A DNA stretch of 64,000 nt from Candidatus Thorarchaeota archaeon (lineage in GTDB: Archaea > Asgardarchaeota > Thorarchaeia > Thorarchaeales > Thorarchaeaceae): positions 32,001-96,000 of the forward strand of contig JAGSHN010000027.1 of the NCBI GenBank assembly GCA_029855935.1. The letters run 5' to 3'. Under the pieces are notes generated by a model. That model did no database searches, was not told the origin of the DNA, and saw only the letters and a list, made by a program, of their open reading frames with translations. Below, one piece after another: positions 44,542-54,068 of this stretch. The position numbers were made by a program, and so were the translations under genes. Within the stretch, counting starts at the first letter, position 1. Each line of letters begins with the position of its first letter.

Positions 44542-47500
44542 CTACGCACGATCCGGGTACAACAACAGTGTTTCAGCGAGAAGACCCGATAGATACACGT
44601 CTGTAGTGAATGGTCTAGACAGTATCTCAGGATGATGCATAGCAATTTTCTCGCGGTCCGAAAGCTCCTTTAGCGACGGAATGTTGTATAATCTTAGAAT
44701 CTCCGCTACCGCATTGCACCAAATCGTCGACTCGAAGAAAGGTCCTGCTTCCGCCTCAAGGCTACGGAGCTCCTGAACCCTGAAATCTTTCAGGCGCTCG
44801 AAGTTTTGAACAATCCTACGATGGAGAAACTTGGGCAACGTCAAATCTCCTTCTTTGTCGGGCCTGTACTTCCAACTCCATAGATAGATAGACACGCGTT
44901 TCTCTTCGCATTTCCTGTCGAGAAACTGCTGAATTTTCTTCAGTAGATCTTTTGTCACTCCCTTGCGAGCAAACGTGGTGGACAATTCAGAACACCTACC
45001 CCCCTCATTGGTGAGAATCTTTTCTGCCTTATCCCGTAGCTGACTCAGACACCTGGGCAACAGACTCTTCGTCCCAGCGTGCCTGAACCAGTGGTAGAAA
45101 GGATTATCGGTACTGTTCTTGTTCCGACGAAACACGGAAGAAGCTGGACATAAACCACAGGATGTTTCGGAATCCTTATCCAAGACACGGCACGGGTTGT
45201 CATCAGCGAAAGCGAACACAAGAGAAACTCTGGTCACATATTCATCAACTAGGGCATACTCGTAGAGTCGTTTGAGAAACGAGGCGACATCTTCTGCCAG
45301 CTGTTGATCTCTCTCCGTTACCTTCTCTCGTCTACTCTCTGAGAGCTGGGTAACGAGCTGGACAAGTTCAGCGATGTTTCGCAACTGGGCCTCATGAATC
45401 AGAACTCTCACGTTGCTCCTTGCAATTCTACATCGGAAGTCATCGCACGAATGGTAGAAGGTCTTGCGTCTGAGCAGGATTGCCGGACTGTCAGTCTTGA
45501 CGGAACCACGGGAGCGGCCCAGCTTGAGCTTGGACGCGGCCCTGAACAGTGTTTCCAATGCAAGAAATGTGGCACCGGGAAAGTTCTGAAGGCAAAGGCG
45601 GACTTCTGCTAGGGCACGCACCTTTCGCTCCAGCCCACGCTTCGTGCCTCTGGCCCTCGTCCGGGTCTGATACGTCGTGTTTCGCCCTATCCATTTTGCC
45701 CCTCGCGTCCACCTCGGTCTGAGGTATCCCTTGCTCCACCCCGTCCCTCTTGCCCCTCTCATCCACCTCGGTCTGAGGTATCCCTTGCTCCACCCCGTCC
45801 CTCTTGCCCCTCTCATCCACCTCGGTCCGGCGTGTTTCCGTGGAGGAAGTACATGGACAACCTCGAACTCATTCTTTCCGAGGAGAGAGAGAACTTCGTT
45901 GGCAAGAAACTCCCACAGGTCTGCGTTCCAATAGGGGATAATCATCAGTGACTCAAAGACATCTTTGGGTTCTATCGTGGGTTCTTCAGTACCATTCAGA
46001 GTCGAAGCAGAGCTAATCTCTATCTCGGATTCTTCAGTGCCATTCGAATCTGAGCGTTGCTTCGACCCTTCAGCAGGCACCATACCAGAGAGCTCCAAGT
46101 ATGAGAAGCGTCTCGGCTCGTGTCGTTCGGACGTATTGCTGCCTCGGAGAGGCGCCACATCCGGGTACGCAAGGATGTACGAGATGTCAACTGACCGTTG
46201 GAAATTTATTTCGGGCGCTGGACCACCAGTTGGGCCTTTGGATCTACCTGTTGAGGGCTTCTTCGTGGGTCTCGTTGAACTATGAGTCGCGACTCCGGAC
46301 GGGTCCGTAGCCAGACCCCCGCGCAAAGCGAGTGGACACAAAGATCGCTCCGGACAGTTGACCTCTTGAGTGCCGACTAAACGACCAATTGTGTCGATCA
46401 ACAACCCTTGCGCATGTTCGTCGGTCGAACGAACAGAAATCCGGTGGATTGGGCCACTATCATTGCAGGCAACGTTCTGCGGACGGAGGATGGCTGCAGC
46501 CGTAAGCATAAAGTGTGAATGCCTAGCATCGCGACTATGAAACTGCTTTTTCCCGGACTCCTCATCACGGACCGCCAGTCCGTGGGACCGTGGACAGTAT
46601 TGTGCCGAAACGTGGGAGAGATCGAGTTTCAGAACGTCACCCGCCCTCACCCGACCACGAGCACGTTTGTTGCGGGCTAGGCCGGTCGGGTCTCCGTAGT
46701 GACAGAGTGCATCAAGGATACTCGTCAGCACACCGGGGTAGTCATCTACACAGAGATCCATTGAGAACGAAGGGCCAAGTGACAAGTCATAGACACCTTT
46801 GTTACTGACCGGAATCCTTACGGGCTCGGGCCCGCCACGGGCTGACAGCACCGCTCCAACGATGGACCCAAAGCTATGCCTAGGAACGTACGACAATGCG
46901 ACGCTATTGAATGCCATCCCCCAATAGAACGCCAGAGTGTCGCCTCTGTTGTTGCCACTCCCACCGCCTCCGCGCAATTCCAACCAGCGTTTTGAGAACC
47001 GGCCCAGAAGAGAAACCACTTCGTCGCTTTCATAGCCTGACAGACCGACTATTATGCTAGGAACAGAAACGCCGTTCTGGGTGTTTCTCGACCTTTCGGA
47101 ATACCTTAGCAAGTCATAGAGATAGAGAAGGTTTGTTCTAGAAGATCCGGTGGATACCACGACAACATTCGGCTTGACAATGTCCAACAGTTCCCTTAGG
47201 GAATAGATGCCATCATGAGGGGTAAGATGCGCTGTACACGTGAAACTCAAAGAGTTTCCAATCTCAGAACCGAAATGTAAACTCCACTTATACTTCTCGC
47301 CCCTAGAATCCTTCTCGCCCCTAGAATCCTTCTCGCCCCTAGAAGAAGTAGACTGTCCGGTCTCGGCAGACTTGTAGAGATAAGGCCTCTGGCTTTCGTC
47401 ATCGGTAACTATGTGAACATCCAGTGGGCATGTCTGGCCCCCTTCAATACTAATTCCTTCTCTCACCAGACCAACACAAAGACTGTGAAGCATAAAGCGA

Positions 47501-49041
47501 ATTGGCTCATTGAGTCCGAGAATCATGACTTTCGCGGGCTTCTCGCTGCTCAACAAAGTCACAAGGACATGAAGTAGTAGTCTGCGACCCAGTGTAACAG
47601 TACCTGTCAGGAGTGCGGGATAGAATGCCCGAATTTGTCCTTGGCCAATCTCATTGTTGGGCAAATCGAATCCGCTTCCCGCTAGCTGCAACTGATGAGT
47701 GGAACGCAGTACCCGAATTATTCTCAATTGGTCGCGCTTGGCGTCTTCGTGTGCCCCCTCTCGTGGGTCACGAAACGGAATCTCGTCTATTTTCTGTTTC
47801 CAGAGGTGAAAGCCCTCTGGCAATGGATCGAGTACAGCAATGACTCTTGCGTCTTGCGGGTTCAGCAGGTCTATGGTTGAAAAGGTAGCCTCGCCTCTCA
47901 GTATACCGACAACGTATTCATCTGTTGAGTGCTCCATGCTGACGACGCGGATGTACAGCTGTCCCAGTAGCACAGATCTACTATCGAAGACAATTCTCTT
48001 GTGAATGAGATCTTCGGGCTTCTCAATGAGAACAACATTTGCAATTATCTTGAGATTGGCCACACCCCTTTTCCCAAGTGCACGGCCATCTATGAGAACT
48101 TCGCGTTCGCATCTTGATGACTGCCTAGAGAGAATCTCAGATTCGTAGTCGCTCTCGCTACTCGCGACGAGGATGATGTGATCACTCATAGAGAGAATCA
48201 GCCGCTCAAGGGTCTTCGTGAGATGGTCCTCAAGGAGGCGATCCATATGCCGCAGGTCGTCCAGAGCCTGAAGCACAATGCCTATCGAGGGAATGACAGA
48301 CCCTACGCCCAGAAAGAAGACGGTCCATATGTCAACAGGAACAGACCACAGGAACATCGCCTCAATGGCTATAGCTGATATTGCCGAAACCAATGTGATG
48401 GTCTGACGCGTTGCAGACTGAATGAGAATGAACGGGCGAGGAGGCAGACCTCTCACCATAGCGTAGACTAATGCCGTTCTAATGGTTGAGAAGATCACAA
48501 GGGGGAAGAGGCCCAATATCTCAGGTGTCCGGATCACCACAGAAAAAGTGCCATCGGCCATAGGGACAGTGAGGATACACTCTGCCAGCCATGCGAGAGC
48601 TAGACAACACTGCGTTCCCAGACTTGTCCTGTCAATCTCAGGCTCAGTGCGCCGAGCAAGATGAACATAGACCGCTGTGACGGTCAGCTCGACGACTACA
48701 TCGAGCCAACGGAGAGGAATGGCATGGACGAAGGGCTCAAGACAAACAGGCGAGAGGAGATAGTAAATGGGTGGCCACGCGGGCATTGACAATAGCGGAG
48801 CAGCCGCGCTTGGCAACTCTGTCGTACGCCAGACAAGTCCGGCCCTAAAGAGCAAACCTACAAATCCAAACATTACCTGAAGCGCAGCATAACAATTCCA
48901 GAATTGATTCCAGTCTTTGACCCGTGCTTCCCTGTGAATCGGCTCAAAGCCCAACTGCATCCACCCCTGCCAGCCTCTAGCCGAAGTGGAATCCGGTTTC
49001 GCAAATCCGTAATTTAAGCTTTCCAGTAGCAGGGGCCTCAA
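44542..49041 (-). CDS. 1499-aa multi-pass membrane protein with two RCK/TrkA-N-like and two ACT-like domains and disordered repeat inserts
   Basis: About 6-7 N-terminal TM helices; RCK1 DHIILVA...VVLIEK...LRGEAT...DARVIAV; RCK2 KVMILG...NVVVVSTGSSRTNL; ACT-like LCVDDYPGVLTSILDAL and LCLQNFPGATFLALETL. Start uncertain (TTG). Confidence 0.6.
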   Translation of the reverse strand: MRPLLLESLNYGFAKPDSTSARGWQGWMQLGFEPIHREARVKDWNQFWNCYAALQVMFGFVGLLFRAGLVWRTTELPSAAAPLLSMPAWPPIYYLLSPVCLEPFVHAIPLRWLDVVVELTVTAVYVHLARRTEPEIDRTSLGTQCCLALAWLAECILTVPMADGTFSVVIRTPEILGLFPLVIFSTIRTALVYAMVRGLPPRPFILIQSATRQTITLVSAISAIAIEAMFLWSVPVDIWTVFFLGVGSVIPSIGIVLQALDDLRHMDRLLEDHLTKTLERLILSMSDHIILVASSESDYESEILSRQSSRCEREVLIDGRALGKRGVANLKIIANVVLIEKPEDLIHKRIVFDSRSVLLGQLYIRVVSMEHSTDEYVVGILRGEATFSTIDLLNPQDARVIAVLDPLPEGFHLWKQKIDEIPFRDPREGAHEDAKRDQLRIIRVLRSTHQLQLAGSGFDLPNNEIGQGQIRAFYPALLTGTVTLGRRLLLHVLVTLLSSEKPAKVMILGLNEPIRFMLHSLCVGLVREGISIEGGQTCPLDVHIVTDDESQRPYLYKSAETGQSTSSRGEKDSRGEKDSRGEKYKWSLHFGSEIGNSLSFTCTAHLTPHDGIYSLRELLDIVKPNVVVVSTGSSRTNLLYLYDLLRYSERSRNTQNGVSVPSIIVGLSGYESDEVVSLLGRFSKRWLELRGGGGSGNNRGDTLAFYWGMAFNSVALSYVPRHSFGSIVGAVLSARGGPEPVRIPVSNKGVYDLSLGPSFSMDLCVDDYPGVLTSILDALCHYGDPTGLARNKRARGRVRAGDVLKLDLSHVSAQYCPRSHGLAVRDEESGKKQFHSRDARHSHFMLTAAAILRPQNVACNDSGPIHRISVRSTDEHAQGLLIDTIGRLVGTQEVNCPERSLCPLALRGGLATDPSGVATHSSTRPTKKPSTGRSKGPTGGPAPEINFQRSVDISYILAYPDVAPLRGSNTSERHEPRRFSYLELSGMVPAEGSKQRSDSNGTEESEIEISSASTLNGTEEPTIEPKDVFESLMIIPYWNADLWEFLANEVLSLLGKNEFEVVHVLPPRKHAGPRWMRGARGTGWSKGYLRPRWMRGARGTGWSKGYLRPRWTRGAKWIGRNTTYQTRTRARGTKRGLERKVRALAEVRLCLQNFPGATFLALETLFRAASKLKLGRSRGSVKTDSPAILLRRKTFYHSCDDFRCRIARSNVRVLIHEAQLRNIAELVQLVTQLSESRREKVTERDQQLAEDVASFLKRLYEYALVDEYVTRVSLVFAFADDNPCRVLDKDSETSCGLCPASSVFRRNKNSTDNPFYHWFRHAGTKSLLPRCLSQLRDKAEKILTNEGGRCSELSTTFARKGVTKDLLKKIQQFLDRKCEEKRVSIYLWSWKYRPDKEGDLTLPKFLHRRIVQNFERLKDFRVQELRSLEAEAGPFFESTIWCNAVAEILRLYNIPSLKELSDREKIAMHHPEILSRPFTTDVYLSGLLAETLLLYPDRA
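45696..45827. repeat. 54-bp in-frame tandem repeat (about 2.4 copies) encoding PRWMRGARGTGWSKGYLR
   Basis: Identical units start at 45708 and 45762, with a partial unit at 45816. Confidence 0.95.
47293..47344. repeat. 18-bp in-frame tandem repeat (about 3 copies) encoding (D)SRGEK
   Basis: CTTCTCGCCCCTAGAATC at 47293, 47311 and 47329 (the last is partial). Confidence 0.95.
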
Positions 49042-49197
49042 ATGCAGTATTTCGTAGAGAGGATTAGAGATGTGTCTTCAGGTCATCCGTATCCCCTCAC
49101 AATGGTAGACACAAACAGTCGCAATTGCAACACGGACAAACACGGAAAGGACAAACGCCGACCGGGCATCCGCAAGGCCAGAAAACCTTGAATGGAA

Positions 49198-49344
49198 TCA
49201 CGTTGTTACTAACCCACGATTCTCGTCAATAGCGCGGTCATAGAACGATTTCTTGTACACAACATCACGAGGAAGATATGAACGACCCTTTGCCCCTCGA
49301 ACACGCGCCACGAACTTCTTCAGGCGATATACTGTTTTTAGCAC
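49198..49344 (-). CDS. Putative small basic protein (48 aa)
   Basis: GAGGTG SD 6 nt before GTG 49344; MLKTVYRLKKFVARVRGAKGRSYLPRDVVYKKSFYDRAIDENRGLVTT*; below the ORF-track length cutoff. Confidence 0.35.
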   Translation of the reverse strand: MLKTVYRLKKFVARVRGAKGRSYLPRDVVYKKSFYDRAIDENRGLVTT

Positions 49345-49567
49345 ACATTTCACCTCGTGACCATACATCTATCATTGCAAGTCATGGCTGCCGGGGAATG
49401 AGATGCATTTTCTCGTGATATATGTAGTTCTTGGTACTTTTATTGCAATCAGTCCTCAATCATTCAGACCTTTGTTCGTAGAACGACATCTTAAACTTTC
49501 CCCTGCGCACAATATAAGGATAATTGGTATTCCTAGATGCTAGCAATGGCCGTAGACTGACACACTC

Positions 49568-50710
49568 CTAGTAAACTCGTTTCTCAACGTGGACTCCTCG
49601 CTCCGCAAGTTCTCTCAGGAATGGCTCGGGCGGAATAGAAACCTCTGGAGGCAACACTCCTCGCTGTGAGATTGTCCCATCTGCAAGCATGACAGCGGCT
49701 ATCGCAGCAGGGAATGACGTGGTCCGCATCATTGATGTCAGCCCCGTCTTCTCGTCATAGTAGTCGATCATCTCGAATTCAACCCTCCGCGACTCCGTGC
49801 CCTTCCATCCCTCCACAGTGACACGTAGTAGAGTGACGTCCTTACCGCTCGGTGGTAGGTTCCTCTCAAGGAGCCGCTCAAGCACGCGGCGCGGAGCAAT
49901 CCTGACGCCGTCAAAGTCCTGCTCCTCGCTGTCCATAAGACCGAGCTTCATCAGGCACCACATCTTGTGGCCGTGTCCAGGATAGCGAATCGTCTTGTAA
50001 TCGAGGTTCTTGACCTTGCCCTCGTAGGTCAGCGGGAGAGTCGATGTCCCACCGCTGGTGTTGAACGCCTCAAGGGTGCCAAACGGCTCCGGGAACTCAA
50101 TCTGCTCAAATCCGACGAGAGGGTCCTCGAACGTGATCTTGCCGTCGCGGAGGACCATGCACGGCTCGACGTACTCGTTGATGAGCCCCTCGACCGAGAA
50201 GACCAGCGAGTAGTTCAATGGTGGGCGGGGTTCCTGTTGCAGGCCGCCGACCCGAATCTTGACACTCTCCACCGAGGTCAGCTCGTCTATCCCCGCACGT
50301 GCAAGAACATTCGTCAACCCCGGTGCAAGACCACAGTCAGGAATGACGGTGATCCCGGCGTCTCGTGCGCGGTCGCTCATCTCGAGCTGCCGGCGCACCA
50401 CGTGAAGATTGCCTCCGAGGTCGCACATAGGGGTGCCAGTCTCGATGGCGACCTCCGTGTGCAGCTCGTTCACCGTGTAGCTGACTGCGCTGACTACGGT
50501 ATCTACCTCAGAGAACAGCCTCAGCAGTGTATCTCTATCCCTTGCGTCGACCTGCACAGGACGAGCCTTGTCGCCCATCTCGCGGGCAAGCCGCTCGGCA
50601 GCGCTCAGATCGATATCACCCACAATCACCTCATCGACCTGCCCGTGGCGTACAAGGTCGAATACTGCTCCTCGCCCCATAAGACCGGCACCAAGCACTA
50701 GAACTCTCAA
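49568..50710 (-). CDS. Saccharopine dehydrogenase / lysine 6-dehydrogenase family protein
   Basis: VLGAGLMG, DLGGN, DCGLAPG, VGGL, FSVEGLINEY, KTIRYPGH, MMRTT. Confidence 0.9.
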   Translation of the reverse strand: MRVLVLGAGLMGRGAVFDLVRHGQVDEVIVGDIDLSAAERLAREMGDKARPVQVDARDRDTLLRLFSEVDTVVSAVSYTVNELHTEVAIETGTPMCDLGGNLHVVRRQLEMSDRARDAGITVIPDCGLAPGLTNVLARAGIDELTSVESVKIRVGGLQQEPRPPLNYSLVFSVEGLINEYVEPCMVLRDGKITFEDPLVGFEQIEFPEPFGTLEAFNTSGGTSTLPLTYEGKVKNLDYKTIRYPGHGHKMWCLMKLGLMDSEEQDFDGVRIAPRRVLERLLERNLPPSGKDVTLLRVTVEGWKGTESRRVEFEMIDYYDEKTGLTSMMRTTSFPAAIAAVMLADGTISQRGVLPPEVSIPPEPFLRELAERGVHVEKRVY

Positions 50711-50976
50711 GAGCCACCACCAACCACTCTGAAGACATCAATCACTGGTATCGGCGAGTAAAAACGGTATCGAAAACAACAGCCGCATCGAAGAAGACTG
50801 TTCTTTCAATGAACACAGGAACGGAGAGGACAAGTCAATCATGCTGTTTCCGCCCCTCAGACTGCAAAGCACGGCGCCCACAACGCCTGACTCGACGCGT
50901 CAGTTGAAAGGCTTATAGGACCGTTTGTACCTCCTGCACAGGCCGGTGTGTAATCTCACTCAAGGAGGAGTGACAT

Positions 50977-51780
50977 ATGGACAAGAACGCACTAGCGGCT
51001 GTGGCCTTGATAGTTGGAATCGTCATAGGCCTTGGTGCAGGGTATGTGGTCTTTCCAGCAACGACCCCAACCCAGCAGCAGGCTGGCCTAGTGGAACAGA
51101 TCCAGCAGAGAGGCTACATAATAGTTGGGACCAGCACTCCGTGGATGCCCTTCGAGTTCTACAACGAGACAAGCGGGCAGTATGAGGGTTTCGACATAGA
51201 CCTAGTCAACCTGATCGCTCAATACCTCAACGTGACTGTCCAGTGGAGCGATATGGGCTTTGACGCGCTTGTCGGCGCCTGCAAGGCCGGTACGGTGGAC
51301 ATGCTGGCAGCAGCGATGTTCATCACGACCGAGCGGGCACAGGAGCTCGCATACTCCATCCCCTACATCCGCACCAACGAGGTCGTAGTGGTCGCAGGGA
51401 GCTCTACCCTTGCAATCAACAACCTGACCGACCTTGAGGGATACACGGTGGGCGTGCAGACTGGTACCGTGGAGGACGAGGAGCTCTCCGACCTCGTCAG
51501 TGGTGGCACGGGAATCACCCTTCAGAGGTACACAAAGGTGGACCTGATGTTCCAGGACCTGATAGCCGGAACCTTGGACGCGGTCTACGTCGATGAGCCT
51601 GTGCTCACTGTGTACCAGAAGGTCTACAGCCTGAAGAACATATTCACGGTGCCAGCGCCTCCGACAGCGTTTTATTGCCGGTACGACTCGCCCGACCTGC
51701 TTGAGGCGATAAATACCGTCCTGATAAACGCCTACGCGGATGGCACTCTGGACACACTGGTCGCAAAGTGGTTTGGGTGA
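50977..51780 (+). CDS. Polar amino-acid ABC transporter substrate-binding protein
   Basis: VGTS..W.PFEF, GFDIDL, FDALV, VGVQTGT, KWFG; N-terminal TM anchor; GGAGG SD. Confidence 0.92.
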   Translation: MDKNALAAVALIVGIVIGLGAGYVVFPATTPTQQQAGLVEQIQQRGYIIVGTSTPWMPFEFYNETSGQYEGFDIDLVNLIAQYLNVTVQWSDMGFDALVGACKAGTVDMLAAAMFITTERAQELAYSIPYIRTNEVVVVAGSSTLAINNLTDLEGYTVGVQTGTVEDEELSDLVSGGTGITLQRYTKVDLMFQDLIAGTLDAVYVDEPVLTVYQKVYSLKNIFTVPAPPTAFYCRYDSPDLLEAINTVLINAYADGTLDTLVAKWFG

Positions 51781-51786
51781 GGTAGT

Positions 51787-52473
51787 TTGCAGGGACCGGA
51801 CATCCCGAGACTGTTTGCCGTCATAATGGAGAGGGGTGTCCCGGCTGCCCTGCAAATCACCTTTTTTGGTCTTGGCCTCGGCCTGCTGGCAGGGCTCTCA
51901 CTGGCGCTGATGAGGGTATATGGCACAGCACCAATGAGGACCTTCGCGGAACTCTACGAGAAGACGTTGAGAGGAATCCCCGTTCTGGTACTCATCTATA
52001 TCTTCACCTTTGGCGTTCCCGGACTATTCTGGTTTGTGGACCCACTCTCGCGGCCAATAGTGGGCGCTTACGTCGCGCTCGGCATCAGGAGCGCTGCATA
52101 TCAGTCACAGATATTCAGAGGTGCAATTCTCTCGGTCGGCGAGGGACAGGTGCTTGCTGCAAGGTCCCTAGGCATGACCAACTTTCAGGCGCAGGTCTAC
52201 ATCGTGCTTCCACAGGCGTTCAAAATCGCGCTGCCCGCCTGGTCGAACGAATATGCGGTGGTCATCAAGGACTCTTCGTTCGCCTCCGACGTTGGGGTCT
52301 TTGAGATTCTGAAGGTGTCCCTGAACATCACGGCCTCTGATCCGAGGCTTTGGCTACCAGCAATGCTTGTGGTTACGCTCATCTACTTCATATTCACCTA
52401 TCCCGTCACTCGGTACTTTGGAAAGAAGGGCGGCGGGATGGCACAAGTCGGAAGGGAGATAGTCTGGCAATGA
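51787..52473 (+). CDS. Polar amino-acid ABC transporter permease
   Basis: RGIP, SAAYQSQIFRGAI, GQ..AARSLGM, LPQAF, IKDSS. Confidence 0.92.
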   Translation: MQGPDIPRLFAVIMERGVPAALQITFFGLGLGLLAGLSLALMRVYGTAPMRTFAELYEKTLRGIPVLVLIYIFTFGVPGLFWFVDPLSRPIVGAYVALGIRSAAYQSQIFRGAILSVGEGQVLAARSLGMTNFQAQVYIVLPQAFKIALPAWSNEYAVVIKDSSFASDVGVFEILKVSLNITASDPRLWLPAMLVVTLIYFIFTYPVTRYFGKKGGGMAQVGREIVWQ

Positions 52474-53261
52474 GTGACATCGTACTGAGAGTCGAAGATG
52501 TATGGAAGTCCTTCGGGGACCTGCAGGTCCTCCGCGGAATATCGTTTGATGTCGCGGAGTCCGAAGTTAAGGTGATATTTGGTCCCAGCGGGTCAGGAAA
52601 GAGCACCCTACTCAGATGCATAAACTATCTTGATCCGCCAGACAAGGGGGAGATATACCTGAGGGGCAAACGACTAGGAGACCCTGACACCGACATCAAC
52701 AAAATTCGATCTCGAATTGGTTTCGTCTTCCAGCACTTCAACCTCTTTGCCCACTTGAAGGCGATAGACAACGTAGCAATTGGTCCTGAGAAGGTTCTGG
52801 GCCTGTCAAAGGAGGAGGCTAGGGAGAGGGCGATGCGCGCACTGAAACATGTCAAGATGGACAAGTGGGCAGACCACTACCCGGCTCAGCTGTCGGGAGG
52901 GCAGCAACAACGAGTCGGGATCGCTCGCGCGCTCGCGATGGAGACCGATGTTATTCTCTTTGATGAGCCGACATCCGCGTTGGACCCAGAACTGATAGGC
53001 GAGGTTCTACAGACAATGCTCGACATTGCCAAGGAGGGTACGACAATGGTCGTCGTCACCCACGAGATGGGCTTCGCAAGGTCGGTGGCGGATGAGATGA
53101 TCTTCATCGATGGCGGAGTGATAGTCGAGAGAGGGACACCACATCACTTCTTCACGTCGCCTGAATCAGAACGGGTCCAACAGTTTCTACACAAGCTCGA
53201 CGAGTTGTACGGGCAGACACGTGACGAACGCAGAACAATTGCGGAACGGGATCAAGAATGA
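52470..53261 (+). CDS. Polar amino-acid ABC transporter ATPase (GlnQ-like)
   Basis: GPSGSGKST, LSGGQQQRV, LFDEPTSALDPE, VTHEMGFA; ATGA overlap at 52470. Confidence 0.95.
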   Translation: MSDIVLRVEDVWKSFGDLQVLRGISFDVAESEVKVIFGPSGSGKSTLLRCINYLDPPDKGEIYLRGKRLGDPDTDINKIRSRIGFVFQHFNLFAHLKAIDNVAIGPEKVLGLSKEEARERAMRALKHVKMDKWADHYPAQLSGGQQQRVGIARALAMETDVILFDEPTSALDPELIGEVLQTMLDIAKEGTTMVVVTHEMGFARSVADEMIFIDGGVIVERGTPHHFFTSPESERVQQFLHKLDELYGQTRDERRTIAERDQE

Positions 53262-54007
53262 TGTCATCACCAGCTTCTCCATCCATAGGCCCACTTGGAA
53301 TAGAGGAGTGGGTAGGAGAGCTGGCTGCAGGACTAGGAATGACGCTCTATCTATATTTCACAGCGCTCATCATAGGATTTGCCCTGGGTCTTCTTCTCGC
53401 ACTCGCACGGCAGTATGGCGGTCGCATCTCATCTCGTATTGCAACAGGATACATAGACCTCATACGGGGGACCCCCCTACTCGCACAACTGTTCCTAATC
53501 TATACGATGCCCTACTCGCTTAACGCGTGGCTGTCGCCAGACGGGCCGCCTGTGATAAACACTCGCTGGTCGTTCCAGCTCCTTGGTCTGACGTACCTGA
53601 ACTTTCCCATCCTGGCCTCCATAGTCGCACTTGGCCTGAACAGCGCTGCATATCAGGCCGAGTATATGAGAGGAGCAATGGCCTCTCTAGGGACGGGGCA
53701 GGTCCTCGCGGCGCAATCGCTTGGGATGACCAAGCACGAGATATTCAGATACGTCATCATCCCGCAGGCGTTCAGGAGGATGATCCCGTCGTGGTCTAAC
53801 GAGGCCTCGTATCTACCGAAGTACACAGTCATCGCGACCTTCGTCTCTGTCGAGGACCTCTTTGGGAAAGCCAAGCTTGTGGTCGCCCGCACATTTCTGG
53901 CGCTTGAGACATACATCCTCGTCGGAGTTGTCTATCTGATCCTCATAACAATCATCGCCAGAATTCTCGACAAGCTGTATGAAAAGACAAAGATACCGGG
54001 CCTGTGA
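53258..54007 (+). CDS. Polar amino-acid ABC transporter permease
   Basis: RGTPLLAQL, NSAAYQAEYMRG, IIPQAFRR. Confidence 0.92.
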   Translation: MMSSPASPSIGPLGIEEWVGELAAGLGMTLYLYFTALIIGFALGLLLALARQYGGRISSRIATGYIDLIRGTPLLAQLFLIYTMPYSLNAWLSPDGPPVINTRWSFQLLGLTYLNFPILASIVALGLNSAAYQAEYMRGAMASLGTGQVLAAQSLGMTKHEIFRYVIIPQAFRRMIPSWSNEASYLPKYTVIATFVSVEDLFGKAKLVVARTFLALETYILVGVVYLILITIIARILDKLYEKTKIPGL

Positions 54008-54068
54008 TGGGTCCGCGTATGTTTTTCTATCGTGCTGCCAAAGAGTATCCCCACGGAGAGGCGGCTCG

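Noticed and set aside
45696-45827. Direct repeats as a possible CRISPR array
   Set aside because: Head-to-tail with no unique spacers, inside an ORF, and no cas genes in the window.
43200-49560. Provirus or transposon call for the low-GC island
   Set aside because: No integrase, transposase, capsid or terminal repeats were recognised, so it is reported only as an island.
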